Source: Candidatus Bathyarchaeia archaeon (GTDB lineage Archaea > Thermoproteota > Bathyarchaeia > Bathyarchaeales > Bathycorpusculaceae). Taken from it: DNA of 64,000 nt. Where the stretch lies: positions 32,001-96,000 of the forward strand of contig JAVZNC010000004.1 of assembly GCA_038882955.1 (NCBI GenBank), read 5' to 3'. The notes under the pieces were generated by a model, which made no database searches, was not told where the DNA came from, and was given only the letters and a program-made list of their open reading frames with translations. Positions 10,829 to 19,609 of this stretch are shown in pieces. The first letter of the stretch is position 1. Each line of letters begins with the position of its first letter. The position numbers and the translations under genes were made by a program.

Positions 10829-11245
10829 CTATTGCTCAATTTTGATGTTGTAGCTTGTTTTGACCCCAGCTTTTTCGAAGAGTTTTCCTACAGGACAGTT
10901 TTCCAGCGTTAGTTTGAAGATTCGTTGGATTTGGTCGTTTGTTGCCTCTGCCCTAACGGTAATGTTGAAGCTTGCTTCTGTTACTGTTCCAGCTTCCTCT
11001 GATTTGACCGCTTCAGTTTTTACTTCTAAATCTTTCAGGTGAACACGCGTTTTCTTTGCCATCAAAGCAAATATTGTTGCAAAACACCCCGCATAACTCA
11101 TTACACCAAGCTCAAGTGCGGTTGGTCCCATATCCGTTCCAAGCTCTGGTGGAAGGTCTAGGCATACGCTGTGGGCTCTACCATCGTCAACGGCTATTCG
11201 CAAGTCCTTAACCAGTTTTGCGTTTGCATAAAGTTTCTGCGCCAA
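10829..11245 (-). CDS. OsmC family protein
   Basis: DLPPELGTDMGPTALEL..SYAGC...CPV; TTG start at 11245 after GGAGGTGA. Confidence 0.88.
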   Translation of the reverse strand: MAQKLYANAKLVKDLRIAVDDGRAHSVCLDLPPELGTDMGPTALELGVMSYAGCFATIFALMAKKTRVHLKDLEVKTEAVKSEEAGTVTEASFNITVRAEATNDQIQRIFKLTLENCPVGKLFEKAGVKTSYNIKIEQ

Positions 11246-11280
11246 ATTTTCACCTCCCAACTTTTAGTTGCAATTTTAGA

Positions 11281-11934
11281 CTAGGAAAGTTTTTTCTTGC
11301 ATAGGAACCAGTCCACGCATTCGTAGCCCTCTTGTAAGCGCTTTTCAGCTGCTTCTTGCGTTGTCGGCGGCGGAACAATTACTGCGTCTCCTGGACGCCA
11401 GTTTGCTGGTAAAGCCACTTTATGCTTGTCGGCTGTTTGCAATGCGTCAATAACTCTTAAAATTTCATCCATGTTTCTTCCGACGTTCAAGGGATAGTAT
11501 ATCATTGCGCGTAGCTTCATTTCTGGGTCGATGAAGAATACTGCGCGTACCGCTGCTGTGCTGCTCATGCTTGGGTGAATCATGCCGAAGAGATTCGCCA
11601 CTTTCATGTCCAAGTCTGCAATTATTGGGAATGGAATTTCCACGCCGAGCTTTTCCTTTATTCTTCTTGTCCACGCTATGTGGGAGTAGATGCTATCTAT
11701 GCTTAAGCCTATTAATTGGACGTTCCGTTTTACAAGTTCGCTGTAAATTTGCGCGAACGCAACAAACTCTGTTGTGCAGACTGGCGTGAAATCTGCTGGA
11801 TGTGAGAAAAGAATCACCCATTTTCCCTTAAAATCCGAGAGTTTTATAACGCCATGTGTTGTCACTGCTTCAAAGTCTGGGACTGACTCGCCAAGCCCTA
11901 ACATCTTCATTTTCGCTTCAATTTTTTCCTCCAT
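11281..11934 (-). CDS. Peroxiredoxin (archaeal Prx6 type)
   Basis: [23 protein letters not shown]-terminal CVDWFLC. Confidence 0.95.
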   Translation of the reverse strand: MEEKIEAKMKMLGLGESVPDFEAVTTHGVIKLSDFKGKWVILFSHPADFTPVCTTEFVAFAQIYSELVKRNVQLIGLSIDSIYSHIAWTRRIKEKLGVEIPFPIIADLDMKVANLFGMIHPSMSSTAAVRAVFFIDPEMKLRAMIYYPLNVGRNMDEILRVIDALQTADKHKVALPANWRPGDAVIVPPPTTQEAAEKRLQEGYECVDWFLCKKKLS

Positions 11935-11973
11935 ACCTTATCACCTCACTACAAATTATATCTGTAAGCATAT

Positions 11974-12477
11974 CTAGAATTTTCTGAACTTCTCCTTTGG
12001 AGCGCCACACACTGGACAGCGGCTCGGCGCCTCACCTTCAACGGTGTAGCCGCACATGTCACAGATGTAGATAGCGCCAATCTTCAAGTCCTTGTTGTTT
12101 TCCACGGCTTGTTTTGCCTTCTGGTACATGCCAGCGTGAACTTTTTCTGCTTGAAGCGCCCAGTTGGTTGTTCTTTCCGCTCCTTTTTCTTCTTGGAGTT
12201 TGGCGACAGCGTTGTACGCTGGATACATTTCATTTACTTCGTAGGTTTCGCCGTCTATGGCTGTCTGCAGATTTTCTGCTGTTTCGCGAATCATACCCAA
12301 AACGCCATAATGGTTTGCAGCGTGAACTTGCTCGGCGTATGCGATTGCTCTAAAAAGTCTAGCAACGTTTGGAAAACCTTCCTCCTCAGCCTTCTTTGCA
12401 AAGATTAAATAACGCGTGTGCGCTTGGCTTTCGCCCCCAAAGGCTGTTTTCAAATTTTCTTCGGTCATTTTCCTCAT
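11974..12477 (-). CDS. rbr: Rubrerythrin
   Basis: AFGGESQA, AEQVHA, GETYE, EKVH; C-terminal CDMCGY...CPVCG. Confidence 0.95.
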   Translation of the reverse strand: MRKMTEENLKTAFGGESQAHTRYLIFAKKAEEEGFPNVARLFRAIAYAEQVHAANHYGVLGMIRETAENLQTAIDGETYEVNEMYPAYNAVAKLQEEKGAERTTNWALQAEKVHAGMYQKAKQAVENNKDLKIGAIYICDMCGYTVEGEAPSRCPVCGAPKEKFRKF

Positions 12478-12618
12478 AGACTTGCTTCACCATCCTATTT
12501 TTTGCCTAAATTTTACGATAAACTTATAAGATTGTCTGAACTTAAAAAGTTTATGTACGAAAATCGGACAAAAAATCAATGAAAAAATATGAAAGTCGCA
12601 TCAAAAGAGGAATAATAC

Positions 12619-13047
12619 ATGATTGATAAACTTGACATAAAAATTCTTCAAATTCTTGAGGAGGACGCCAGCATCCCCTACACGGAAATAGCCCGCAGAC
12701 TGAGGCTTAACGAGTCAACAGTTCGGAAGCGGGTAGCAGCGCTAAAACAGATGGGCGTAATAAGAAAGTTTACGGTGATAATTGAGCCTACAAAAATGGG
12801 GCTAAACACCGTGGCAATAATAGGCGTTGACGTCGACCCGCCAAAACTTTTGGAGGTTGCGCAGAAACTCTGCGAAATACCAGAAACAAGGTATGTGGCG
12901 ACATCCACTGGCGACCACATGATAATGACTGAAATTTGGGCTAAGGATGGAAAAGAACTGTCCAAAATCATTTCAGAGAAAATTGGAACAATCGAGGGCG
13001 TGAAGAAGATTTGTCCTTCGATAATACTGGAAAAGCTAAAAGTTTAA
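12619..13047 (+). CDS. Lrp/AsnC family transcriptional regulator
   Basis: DKLDIKIL..L..DA..PYTEIA.RL...ESTVRKRV HTH; RAM domain TGDHMI. Confidence 0.95.
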   Translation: MIDKLDIKILQILEEDASIPYTEIARRLRLNESTVRKRVAALKQMGVIRKFTVIIEPTKMGLNTVAIIGVDVDPPKLLEVAQKLCEIPETRYVATSTGDHMIMTEIWAKDGKELSKIISEKIGTIEGVKKICPSIILEKLKV

Positions 13048-13075
13048 AACTACCATTAGTGAGGTGTGAGAGTCT

Positions 13076-13720
13076 ATGAGTTTGATACCAGAAGAACATA
13101 AGGGGCACATTAAAAGCGAATTGGAGGAGAAACTGGAAAAACCGGTGAAAATCGTCATGTTCACACAAGAGGTGGAGTGCCAATACTGCGCCCAAACCAG
13201 ACAACTGCTAAACGAGGTTGCGGCTTTAAGCGACAAAATAAGTTTAGAAGTTTACGATTTTGTGGCAGACGCCGAAAAGGCTAGAGCGTATAGCATTGAC
13301 AAGGTTCCAGCAATAGCCATTGTAGGCGAAAAGGATTATGGCGTTAGATTTTACGGGCTCCCCTATGGTTATGAACTGCAAACTTTGCTTGAGGGGATAA
13401 TAACCGTTTCAAGGGCGAAAACAGACCTTCCAGACGAGATAAAAGCGCGGCTAAAAGAGATTAAGGTGCCAGTTCACATTCAAGTGTTCGTAACGCTAAC
13501 ATGTCCATACTGCCCCATAGTTGCAAGCCTCGCCCACAAGTTCGCCATAGAAAACGATTTGATAAGGGCAGACGTCATAGAAGTCGGCGAGTTTCCACAT
13601 TTAGGCTTAAAATACGGCGTCATGGGAGTGCCAAAAACAGTTATCAACGAAAAAGTGGAGTTTGTTGGCGCCCTCCCAGAAGACCTATTCCTCGAACACA
13701 TAATATTAGCCACAGCCTAA
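13076..13720 (+). CDS. pdo: Protein disulfide oxidoreductase (two thioredoxin units)
   Basis: CQYC and CPYC motifs; RFYGLP.GYE. Confidence 0.92.
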   Translation: MSLIPEEHKGHIKSELEEKLEKPVKIVMFTQEVECQYCAQTRQLLNEVAALSDKISLEVYDFVADAEKARAYSIDKVPAIAIVGEKDYGVRFYGLPYGYELQTLLEGIITVSRAKTDLPDEIKARLKEIKVPVHIQVFVTLTCPYCPIVASLAHKFAIENDLIRADVIEVGEFPHLGLKYGVMGVPKTVINEKVEFVGALPEDLFLEHIILATA

Positions 13721-13770
13721 AAGCGCATAACAAAGTGTCCATTTTGAGCTCTGCAGGAAAAAAGGGAAAG

Positions 13771-14556
13771 TTGAGCCTAATCTTCATCTACAGCGGAGAA
13801 TTTGCAGAGAGAGTCATAAGAAACCTAATAAACGACCCGAGCTTCTGCAAGTCTTGCGGCATATACTGCGATTCATGCAAATACAATGTTTACACTTTTG
13901 TCCAAAACATCCGTGCGGCAATGCAGCTTCCAAGCCCCACAGAACTGCCAGCATTCATAGACAATCCAGAGAAGTATATGCCCAGAAAAGTTCCGAAAGC
14001 CGACCTATGCATAGCGTCTGGATTGCATAAGGACTTACTTTTAGAACTTCCTGCACACTTACATAGGAATGGCGTTAGGGGCTTGATTGTGCCAATAGAA
14101 GATTTCAATGAGGTGCCGTCTGGCTTAAGGAGGCAAGTTGAAGAAAAATGCGAGGAACTCCAAATGGAAAGTGCTTTTCCAAAACCATTCTGTTCCTTAG
14201 AGGCTGATGAAAGGGATAAACCGCTAATTTCAAGGTTTGTGGACGACTTTAATATCGGAAAACCAAAACTGGAGATTGCCACTGAAAAACGTGGAAAGCA
14301 TGAAGTTGTTGGTTCTGCGGTTGTTAGGCGAAGCGCTCCATGCGGTTCAACATGGTATGTGGCAAGGAAACTTTTGGGAACAAGAACAGAAAGGGACATG
14401 CTTTATGACGCAATAGCGAAGGCGCACCACAGCTATCCGTGTACCGCAACTATGAACGTTGACCCAGAGCTTAAAGAGCCAATACTCCACGTTGGAGGAT
14501 ACTTAATAAGAGAAGCTGTGGGAAGCGCTTTGGAAAAGTCTGTAAATGCAAGATGA
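13771..14556 (+). CDS. DUF166 family protein with N-terminal Cys cluster
   Basis: TTG at 13771 (the ORF-track extension overlaps pdo); GEFAERV..NL, FPKPFCSL, RSAPCGSTW, HHSYPCTA; CxxCxxxCxxC. Confidence 0.75.
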   Translation: MSLIFIYSGEFAERVIRNLINDPSFCKSCGIYCDSCKYNVYTFVQNIRAAMQLPSPTELPAFIDNPEKYMPRKVPKADLCIASGLHKDLLLELPAHLHRNGVRGLIVPIEDFNEVPSGLRRQVEEKCEELQMESAFPKPFCSLEADERDKPLISRFVDDFNIGKPKLEIATEKRGKHEVVGSAVVRRSAPCGSTWYVARKLLGTRTERDMLYDAIAKAHHSYPCTATMNVDPELKEPILHVGGYLIREAVGSALEKSVNAR

Positions 14557-14597
14557 TTTACGATATTCTTAAATTTGCCTAGGCTGTTGACTGTCCT

Positions 14598-14996
14598 ATG
14601 CATGAGTGGGCTTTGGCGGAATCCGTCATCTCAACAATTTCTCAAATCGCAGAGAAAGAAGGGCTAAAAGAGGTCAGCGAAGTTAAAATCGTTGTAGGCG
14701 AACTGCAGCAGGTTGAGCTTGACATATTTGAATTTGCCTTGTCCCAGCTTAAAAAGCCGGAATTTGAAAACACAAAATTCAGCATTAAAATTTCGAAGGC
14801 ACAGTTGAAGTGCAGGGTTTGTGGACACAAGTGGAATTTTGAAAAAGAAAGCTTAAGTCGAGACAATGCTGAAGCAATACATTTTCTTCCAGAAGTCGCT
14901 CACACTTACATCCGATGTCCAAAATGCGGAAGCCCAGACTTTGAAGTGCTGCAAGGACGGGGAGTATGGCTTGAAAGCATAAAGGGCGTGAAATAA
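14598..14996 (+). CDS. hypA: Hydrogenase nickel metallochaperone HypA
   Basis: MHE N-terminus, GELQ, CRVC...CPKC, with Thermococcus-like AIHFLPE insert. Confidence 0.95.
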   Translation: MHEWALAESVISTISQIAEKEGLKEVSEVKIVVGELQQVELDIFEFALSQLKKPEFENTKFSIKISKAQLKCRVCGHKWNFEKESLSRDNAEAIHFLPEVAHTYIRCPKCGSPDFEVLQGRGVWLESIKGVK

Positions 14997-14997
14997 A

Positions 14998-15726
14998 ATG
15001 GTTGACCCAAGAATTAGCGTGATAAATGAAAGACTCAAGTCAGTCCGTAACATAATTGCTGTGTCAAGTGGCAAAGGAGGCGTTGGAAAAAGCCTCACAG
15101 CATCAATGTTTGCTTTGGCTCTTGCAAAAAAGGGCTATAAAACTGGTCTCTTCGACTTGGACTTCACAAGCCCGTCCACACACGTTATTTTAGGCATTGA
15201 AGATGTAAAGCCAAAAGAAGAGAAGGGAATAATTCCACCGCAAGTTCACGGCATAGCATACATGTCAATAATTTACTATTCTGGTGAACATGCCGCGCCC
15301 TTGAGGGGTGCAGACGTTTCAAACGCACTAATAGAGCTTCTCGCAATAACAAGATGGGGCGAACTTGACTTCTTAATAATTGATATGCCGCCTGGGATAG
15401 GCGACGCAACTTTGGATGTAATCCGCCTAATCAAGCCGATAAAATTCCTTATCGTAACTACGCCTTCGCAGCTTGCCTTCGAGACTGTAATAAAACTGGC
15501 AAAACTTCTGAAAGATTTGAAAGTTCAGGTTTTAGGCGTGATTGAAAACATGAAAATGAGCAATTCAGACTTTATTAGACAAGAGACCAAAAGCCTAGGT
15601 TTGCCATATTTAGGGGAAATAGGTTTTGACGCAAAAATTGAAGATGCAATAGGAAATGTCAATGAACTCCTGCTTTCCAACTTCGCTAGAAAAATTGATG
15701 GGATAGCCTCAAAAATCAATGTTTAG
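14998..15726 (+). CDS. Mrp/MinD-family ATPase, probable ATPase-type HypB
   Basis: [18 protein letters not shown]; lacks the Nbp35 CxxC; 1 bp after hypA. Confidence 0.8.
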   Translation: MVDPRISVINERLKSVRNIIAVSSGKGGVGKSLTASMFALALAKKGYKTGLFDLDFTSPSTHVILGIEDVKPKEEKGIIPPQVHGIAYMSIIYYSGEHAAPLRGADVSNALIELLAITRWGELDFLIIDMPPGIGDATLDVIRLIKPIKFLIVTTPSQLAFETVIKLAKLLKDLKVQVLGVIENMKMSNSDFIRQETKSLGLPYLGEIGFDAKIEDAIGNVNELLLSNFARKIDGIASKINV

Positions 15727-15971
15727 TCCTCACCTTCAAAATCGTATTGCATGCCCATTAACGCGTCTCCCCAAACAGCCCTCGCTGCAAAGCCAACAGC
15801 CCCTATACAAAGTGAAGTATCAGCATCATCTTCCAAAATTCCTTTTTTGAAAGTTTTCTTGACCCAGAAACCGCGCAACGTTATGGGGAAAGCCTGTCGC
15901 CATAAAAAGGAACATGAAGACTGCAGCGCTAAGGCCTATCCAGTCACTTCTCCATGCTTCTCCGTAGATTA
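15723..15971 (-). pseudogene. Possible degenerate membrane-protein fragment
   Basis: Hydrophobic segment WRSDWIGLSAAVFMFLFMATGF continues only by frameshift into ITLRGFWVKK...AVGFAARAVWG. Confidence 0.25.
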
Positions 15972-16011
15972 AGTAATTTGATATTTAAAAGCTGCCGTAA
16001 AATTTCTGCGA

Positions 16012-16386
16012 TCATACTTTATTATTTTTCTTTTTCTTCTTTCTAACCGCAGCCTTCTCCATCATTGCAAGCTCTTCGACAGAACTTGCCTTGCGCAGTT
16101 CTTGCATGTACCAGTTTCTATCCCTAGAATAGCTTAAGCCCGCAGCTATCCCAAAAAATGCTAGTGCTATTCCGCTTATAATGAAGGTTAAGCCTACAAC
16201 GGCTCCAGCCAATGGTCTCACATGGTATGGTATGAAAATGAACCATTGTGGCTCTCCTGGAAGGCTTAGGGTTTCAAGGAATCCTCCAACGAAAAATATG
16301 GCTCCAGCTATAAACATCAAGTAGGAGAGCGTCTCGTTATGTCTCGATTCCTCTGCTTTCTCGTGAAGGTATTCTCTGAATGACAT
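16012..16386 (-). CDS. Two-TM hypothetical membrane protein
   Basis: EYLHEKAEESRHNE...WYM.EL; a paralogue lies at 18559-18905. Confidence 0.8.
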   Translation of the reverse strand: MSFREYLHEKAEESRHNETLSYLMFIAGAIFFVGGFLETLSLPGEPQWFIFIPYHVRPLAGAVVGLTFIISGIALAFFGIAAGLSYSRDRNWYMQELRKASSVEELAMMEKAAVRKKKKKNNKV

Positions 16387-16491
16387 TAGGATTTCAATAT
16401 GTCAAGTTGCCGCACATATAAGTAAATTTTATTATGTTGGAATACTCATTGCAAAAACTAATTCGTAATAAGCACGTGCGAGGAACAATGT

Positions 16492-17244
16492 TTGCAGAAA
16501 CCTGAGGCGGTAATCTTCGATTTTATAGGCACATTGACTAACGTGAGGGGCTATGACTTGGAGATTTCGAAGATGAAGCTGTGTAAGGTGATAATTGAAT
16601 CTGGCTTTAATGTTGAAGAAAAACGTTTTATGAATGCTTACAGCGAATCTCACGAGAAGTATAGGGTTGTACGTTACCAAGAGCTTGTTGAGGTAACAAA
16701 CGCTGTTTGGATTGCAGACGCCCTAAACAGCCTAGGATTCAAAACAACACCAGAAGATGAACGCATAAAAACGGCGGTGAACATGTTCTTCGAGGATTAT
16801 GTGCGTTCGCTTAAGCTTAGACCTTGCGTAAAAAGGTTGCTTGGCGAACTTTCATGCGAGTATAAGCTAGGACTCGTTTCAAACTTTACATACGCGCCAG
16901 TAATCTACGCTGGTTTAAGGAAACTTGACATTAACAAGTTCTTTAACGCCGTTTTGGTCTCGGAAGAGGTTGGATGGCGGAAACCACACGCAAAAATCTT
17001 TGAAGAAGCCCTAAAACGGCTTGGAGTGAAAGCGCAAGAGGCCATTTACGTCGGGGACAGCCCACAAGAAGACATTAAAGGTGCAAAAGAAATAGGTCTA
17101 AAAACAATTTTCGTCCCGTCGCAGTTCTATTCACTTCAAGATTTAAAAGATAGCCAAATAAAACCAGAAATAATTGTGAAAAACATCTGCGAACTTTACA
17201 GAAAATTCTCTGAACAATCAGATAATCGACAAAATTTCTTTTAG
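16492..17244 (+). CDS. HAD-superfamily hydrolase
   Basis: VIFDFIGTL, VSN, RKPH..IF, YVGDS..DI.GA. Confidence 0.92.
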   Translation: MQKPEAVIFDFIGTLTNVRGYDLEISKMKLCKVIIESGFNVEEKRFMNAYSESHEKYRVVRYQELVEVTNAVWIADALNSLGFKTTPEDERIKTAVNMFFEDYVRSLKLRPCVKRLLGELSCEYKLGLVSNFTYAPVIYAGLRKLDINKFFNAVLVSEEVGWRKPHAKIFEEALKRLGVKAQEAIYVGDSPQEDIKGAKEIGLKTIFVPSQFYSLQDLKDSQIKPEIIVKNICELYRKFSEQSDNRQNFF

Positions 17245-17480
17245 ACTTCATAACCTATTTTCGCGTCGTCACCAATGAACAAAATATCATTTGGCTGCAG
17301 ACCCAATTTTTGCAAGCGTAGGTAAAAATTTTCTTTGCTGGTTTTGCTTTTCTTGCAACGTCAACGCAAACTTTGACATCAAAGAAGCTTTCAAGTCTCG
17401 ACTTTGCCAAAACATTTTCCATGTCCGCCTTCAAGCTGTTTGTAATAAAACCAACTTTTAAGCCCTTTCACCTCAATTTT
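17241..17480 (-). pseudogene. HAD hydrolase C-terminal remnant
   Basis: KLR*KGLKVGFITNS...FFDV...KAKPAKKIFTYAC(frameshift)LGLQPNDILFIGDD; in-frame TGA and frameshift; N-terminus missing. Confidence 0.7.
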
Positions 17481-17597
17481 TAGAATCAAAATGCAAGTAA
17501 TTTCTGTAAAATCGAAAATGGAAGCCAAAACTTGCCCATTTTCAATACCCCCTCCCCTCTTATGTTTTTAGAAATCACGCAAAATTTCATTAATTGA

Positions 17598-17698
17598 TGC
17601 GGCCGCCGGGATTCGAACCCGGGATCGCAGGCTTGGAAGGCTTCCACGCGCTGTTTTGCCTTAGCGTCTGTGTCCTAACCAGACTAGACGACGGCCGC
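17598..17698 (-). tRNA. tRNA-Gly(TCC) with 26-nt intron at about position 29/30 (17642-17667)
   Basis: Acceptor GCGGCCG/CGGCCGC, T-arm CCGGG-TTCGAAT-CCCGG; removing the insert restores CAGGC-CTTCCAA-GCCTG. Confidence 0.9.
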
Positions 17699-17751
17699 AT
17701 GACGCTTTTCGTGTTATTCTATTTTCTAAAGTGTTGTAGATAAAACTTCTT

Positions 17752-18420
17752 TTATTGTGGTTTTTCGTTTGGCTTGAAAAGTTTTTTCTCGTGCGTTGGT
17801 TTCGGTTTGAAGCTGCCTGGGTATTTTGGCATTGCGGCTTTTTGTCGTTCAATATTTTTTACTCTTGCGTAAAGTTTTGCTATTTTCGTTTTTGATGGTG
17901 TTTTTGGTTTTGGAAGTTTGGCTGGAACTGGTGTGAAGGGTTTTATTTCTCTAATTTTTTGGCGCTTCTCGATTTTGCGGTTTGCCGTTAACTCTTTAAC
18001 TTTTTGGAAAACAACATAGCCGTTTTTTAAGTTAACTTCTTGCACTTTCCATCCGACGTCAAGCCATGCTTTGGCATGTACGCTTGTTGGAGAGTTGCTC
18101 CACCAGCTTTCATTTTTGTAGGCGCTTATTGGCAAGTTGTCGCCAATTATTCCGTCTATCTGGGCGAAGGAAAGCCTGACCGTGTCCGTGAAGGCTGCCC
18201 TAAACTTTAGGTGGTTCTTTAAACCATCGTATTTGCCCATAACTTTCGGAGAGACAATTTTTCTTGCGCAGTTTAGGCAAAACATTCTGCTTGTGTCGCC
18301 TGTTGACACTTCTGGGACCATGCAGTCTACGCAGTACAAGCGTCCGCATCTTTGGCATTTCCTTAAATAGCGGTATGGTAGTACTCTGCCGCAGATTCCG
18401 CATTCTTCTTTGATTGGCAT
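17752..18420 (-). CDS. Zn-finger plus DUF7662-like domain protein with basic tail
   Basis: Four CxxC pairs; KYD.LK..L...LSFAQI..IIG..LP.SA....WWSN...HAKAWL..GW; K/P-rich C-terminus. Confidence 0.7.
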   Translation of the reverse strand: MPIKEECGICGRVLPYRYLRKCQRCGRLYCVDCMVPEVSTGDTSRMFCLNCARKIVSPKVMGKYDGLKNHLKFRAAFTDTVRLSFAQIDGIIGDNLPISAYKNESWWSNSPTSVHAKAWLDVGWKVQEVNLKNGYVVFQKVKELTANRKIEKRQKIREIKPFTPVPAKLPKPKTPSKTKIAKLYARVKNIERQKAAMPKYPGSFKPKPTHEKKLFKPNEKPQ

Positions 18421-18558
18421 TATGAGCCACAACTGTTTGTCTTCATTTTATCTAGAATTATTAACGAGGCTTTTAATATAAGCAATAGGGTTTTGAGGTA
18501 TTCGAAGTTTGCAATAAAACTTATAGACGTGCAGTTTTGCTGCTTAAATAGTGGTTTC

Positions 18559-18905
18559 ATGCTTTTTAGCGAGTACCTTCACGAGAAGGCTGAAGAATCA
18601 AGGCACAACGAGACCATTGGCTACTTAATAATCATAATAGGCTCGGTGTTTTTGTCGGCGGTTTAATCGAAACGGTTGTGATTGCCGAAAACCCGCAATG
18701 GTTTTTGATAATTCCATACCACTTGACGGAGCATCCATACAGCCTTCTCGGTTTATCGCTGACTTTAACGGGTCTTGTTTTGCTCTTTTTAGGAATTGCC
18801 ATCAGCATCCACTACGCCAGAGAAAGAAGCTGGTACATGAAGGAGCTGCATAAGACTCACTCTGCTGAGGAGCGGAAATTGCGGTCTGAAAGGAAGCCTG
18901 ATTAA
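18559..18905 (+). pseudogene. Frameshifted paralogue of 16012-16386
   Basis: MLFSEYLHEKAEESRHNETIGYL... shifts frame at the T5 run 18649-18653; adding one T gives FFVGGLIETV...QWFLIIPYH, collinear with the paralogue. Confidence 0.85.
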
Positions 18906-18956
18906 CGCTATTGCAACTCAAGTATCAAGCATGGCACTATGCTTATGTATATTTGG

Positions 18957-19535
18957 CTATCTTAAAGTGTTATTGAGCTTGCCTTTGCCTTCATTCAAAC
19001 ATGAGAGTTCTTCAACTTCCAGTTGATGTTTTCTGCAAAGCATGTAAACGCCTTCATAAAAGTTTTCGGGTTTGCATGGTGCTTTCATTAGGCAGCCCTT
19101 AACCTTGCAATGTTTCAGTCCAAGGTTATGTCCAATTTCATGGAGGCTTATTCCAACACAAGCCTTGAACAGGTGCTTCTTATTAATGCTGTACGTTGAA
19201 ACTATGGAAATGCTTGGTTCTGGAGATAGCCCCACAAGGTTTTCTCCAAGACCGAGAACGTAATGTGGCAAAATCGCAAGCAAAATCGTTCTGGGATGGA
19301 TGCAAAAAAGCCTTTTTAACTCATCCACCAAATCGTTAAGGTAAACCATTTTTCTTCCTTTCATGAAAAACTTTGCCAACAAGCTTCTTGGTTTAAGAAG
19401 GATGCGTTCAGGGAGCGCCCTATTCGCTGCAATTTCAACAACCTCTATCTTGTATATGGATTTGGCGTTTACACTGATGTCTTTGAGGAAGCCATAACAA
19501 AAATCGAATGGTTGAATAATTAGCCTATACATCAC
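18957..19535 (-). CDS. Archaemetzincin-like Zn metalloprotease
   Basis: HEIGHNLGLKHC....CLM motif. Confidence 0.8.
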   Translation of the reverse strand: MMYRLIIQPFDFCYGFLKDISVNAKSIYKIEVVEIAANRALPERILLKPRSLLAKFFMKGRKMVYLNDLVDELKRLFCIHPRTILLAILPHYVLGLGENLVGLSPEPSISIVSTYSINKKHLFKACVGISLHEIGHNLGLKHCKVKGCLMKAPCKPENFYEGVYMLCRKHQLEVEELSCLNEGKGKLNNTLR

Positions 19536-19609
19536 TTTCGATGAGAATATACGTCTTGTAAGCTTAATACTTTTGTTAAACTCTCATTTAAGAAAATATA
19601 GTGTAGGTG

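Noticed and set aside
13042-13050. GTT-N3-AAC (SurR-like box) upstream of pdo
   Set aside because: A single 6-bp-information match overlapping the Lrp stop codon, with no SurR gene in view; expected by chance.
13501-13770. N-terminal 90 codons of the 351-aa ORF
   Set aside because: They overlap pdo out of frame; family similarity starts at TTG 13771.
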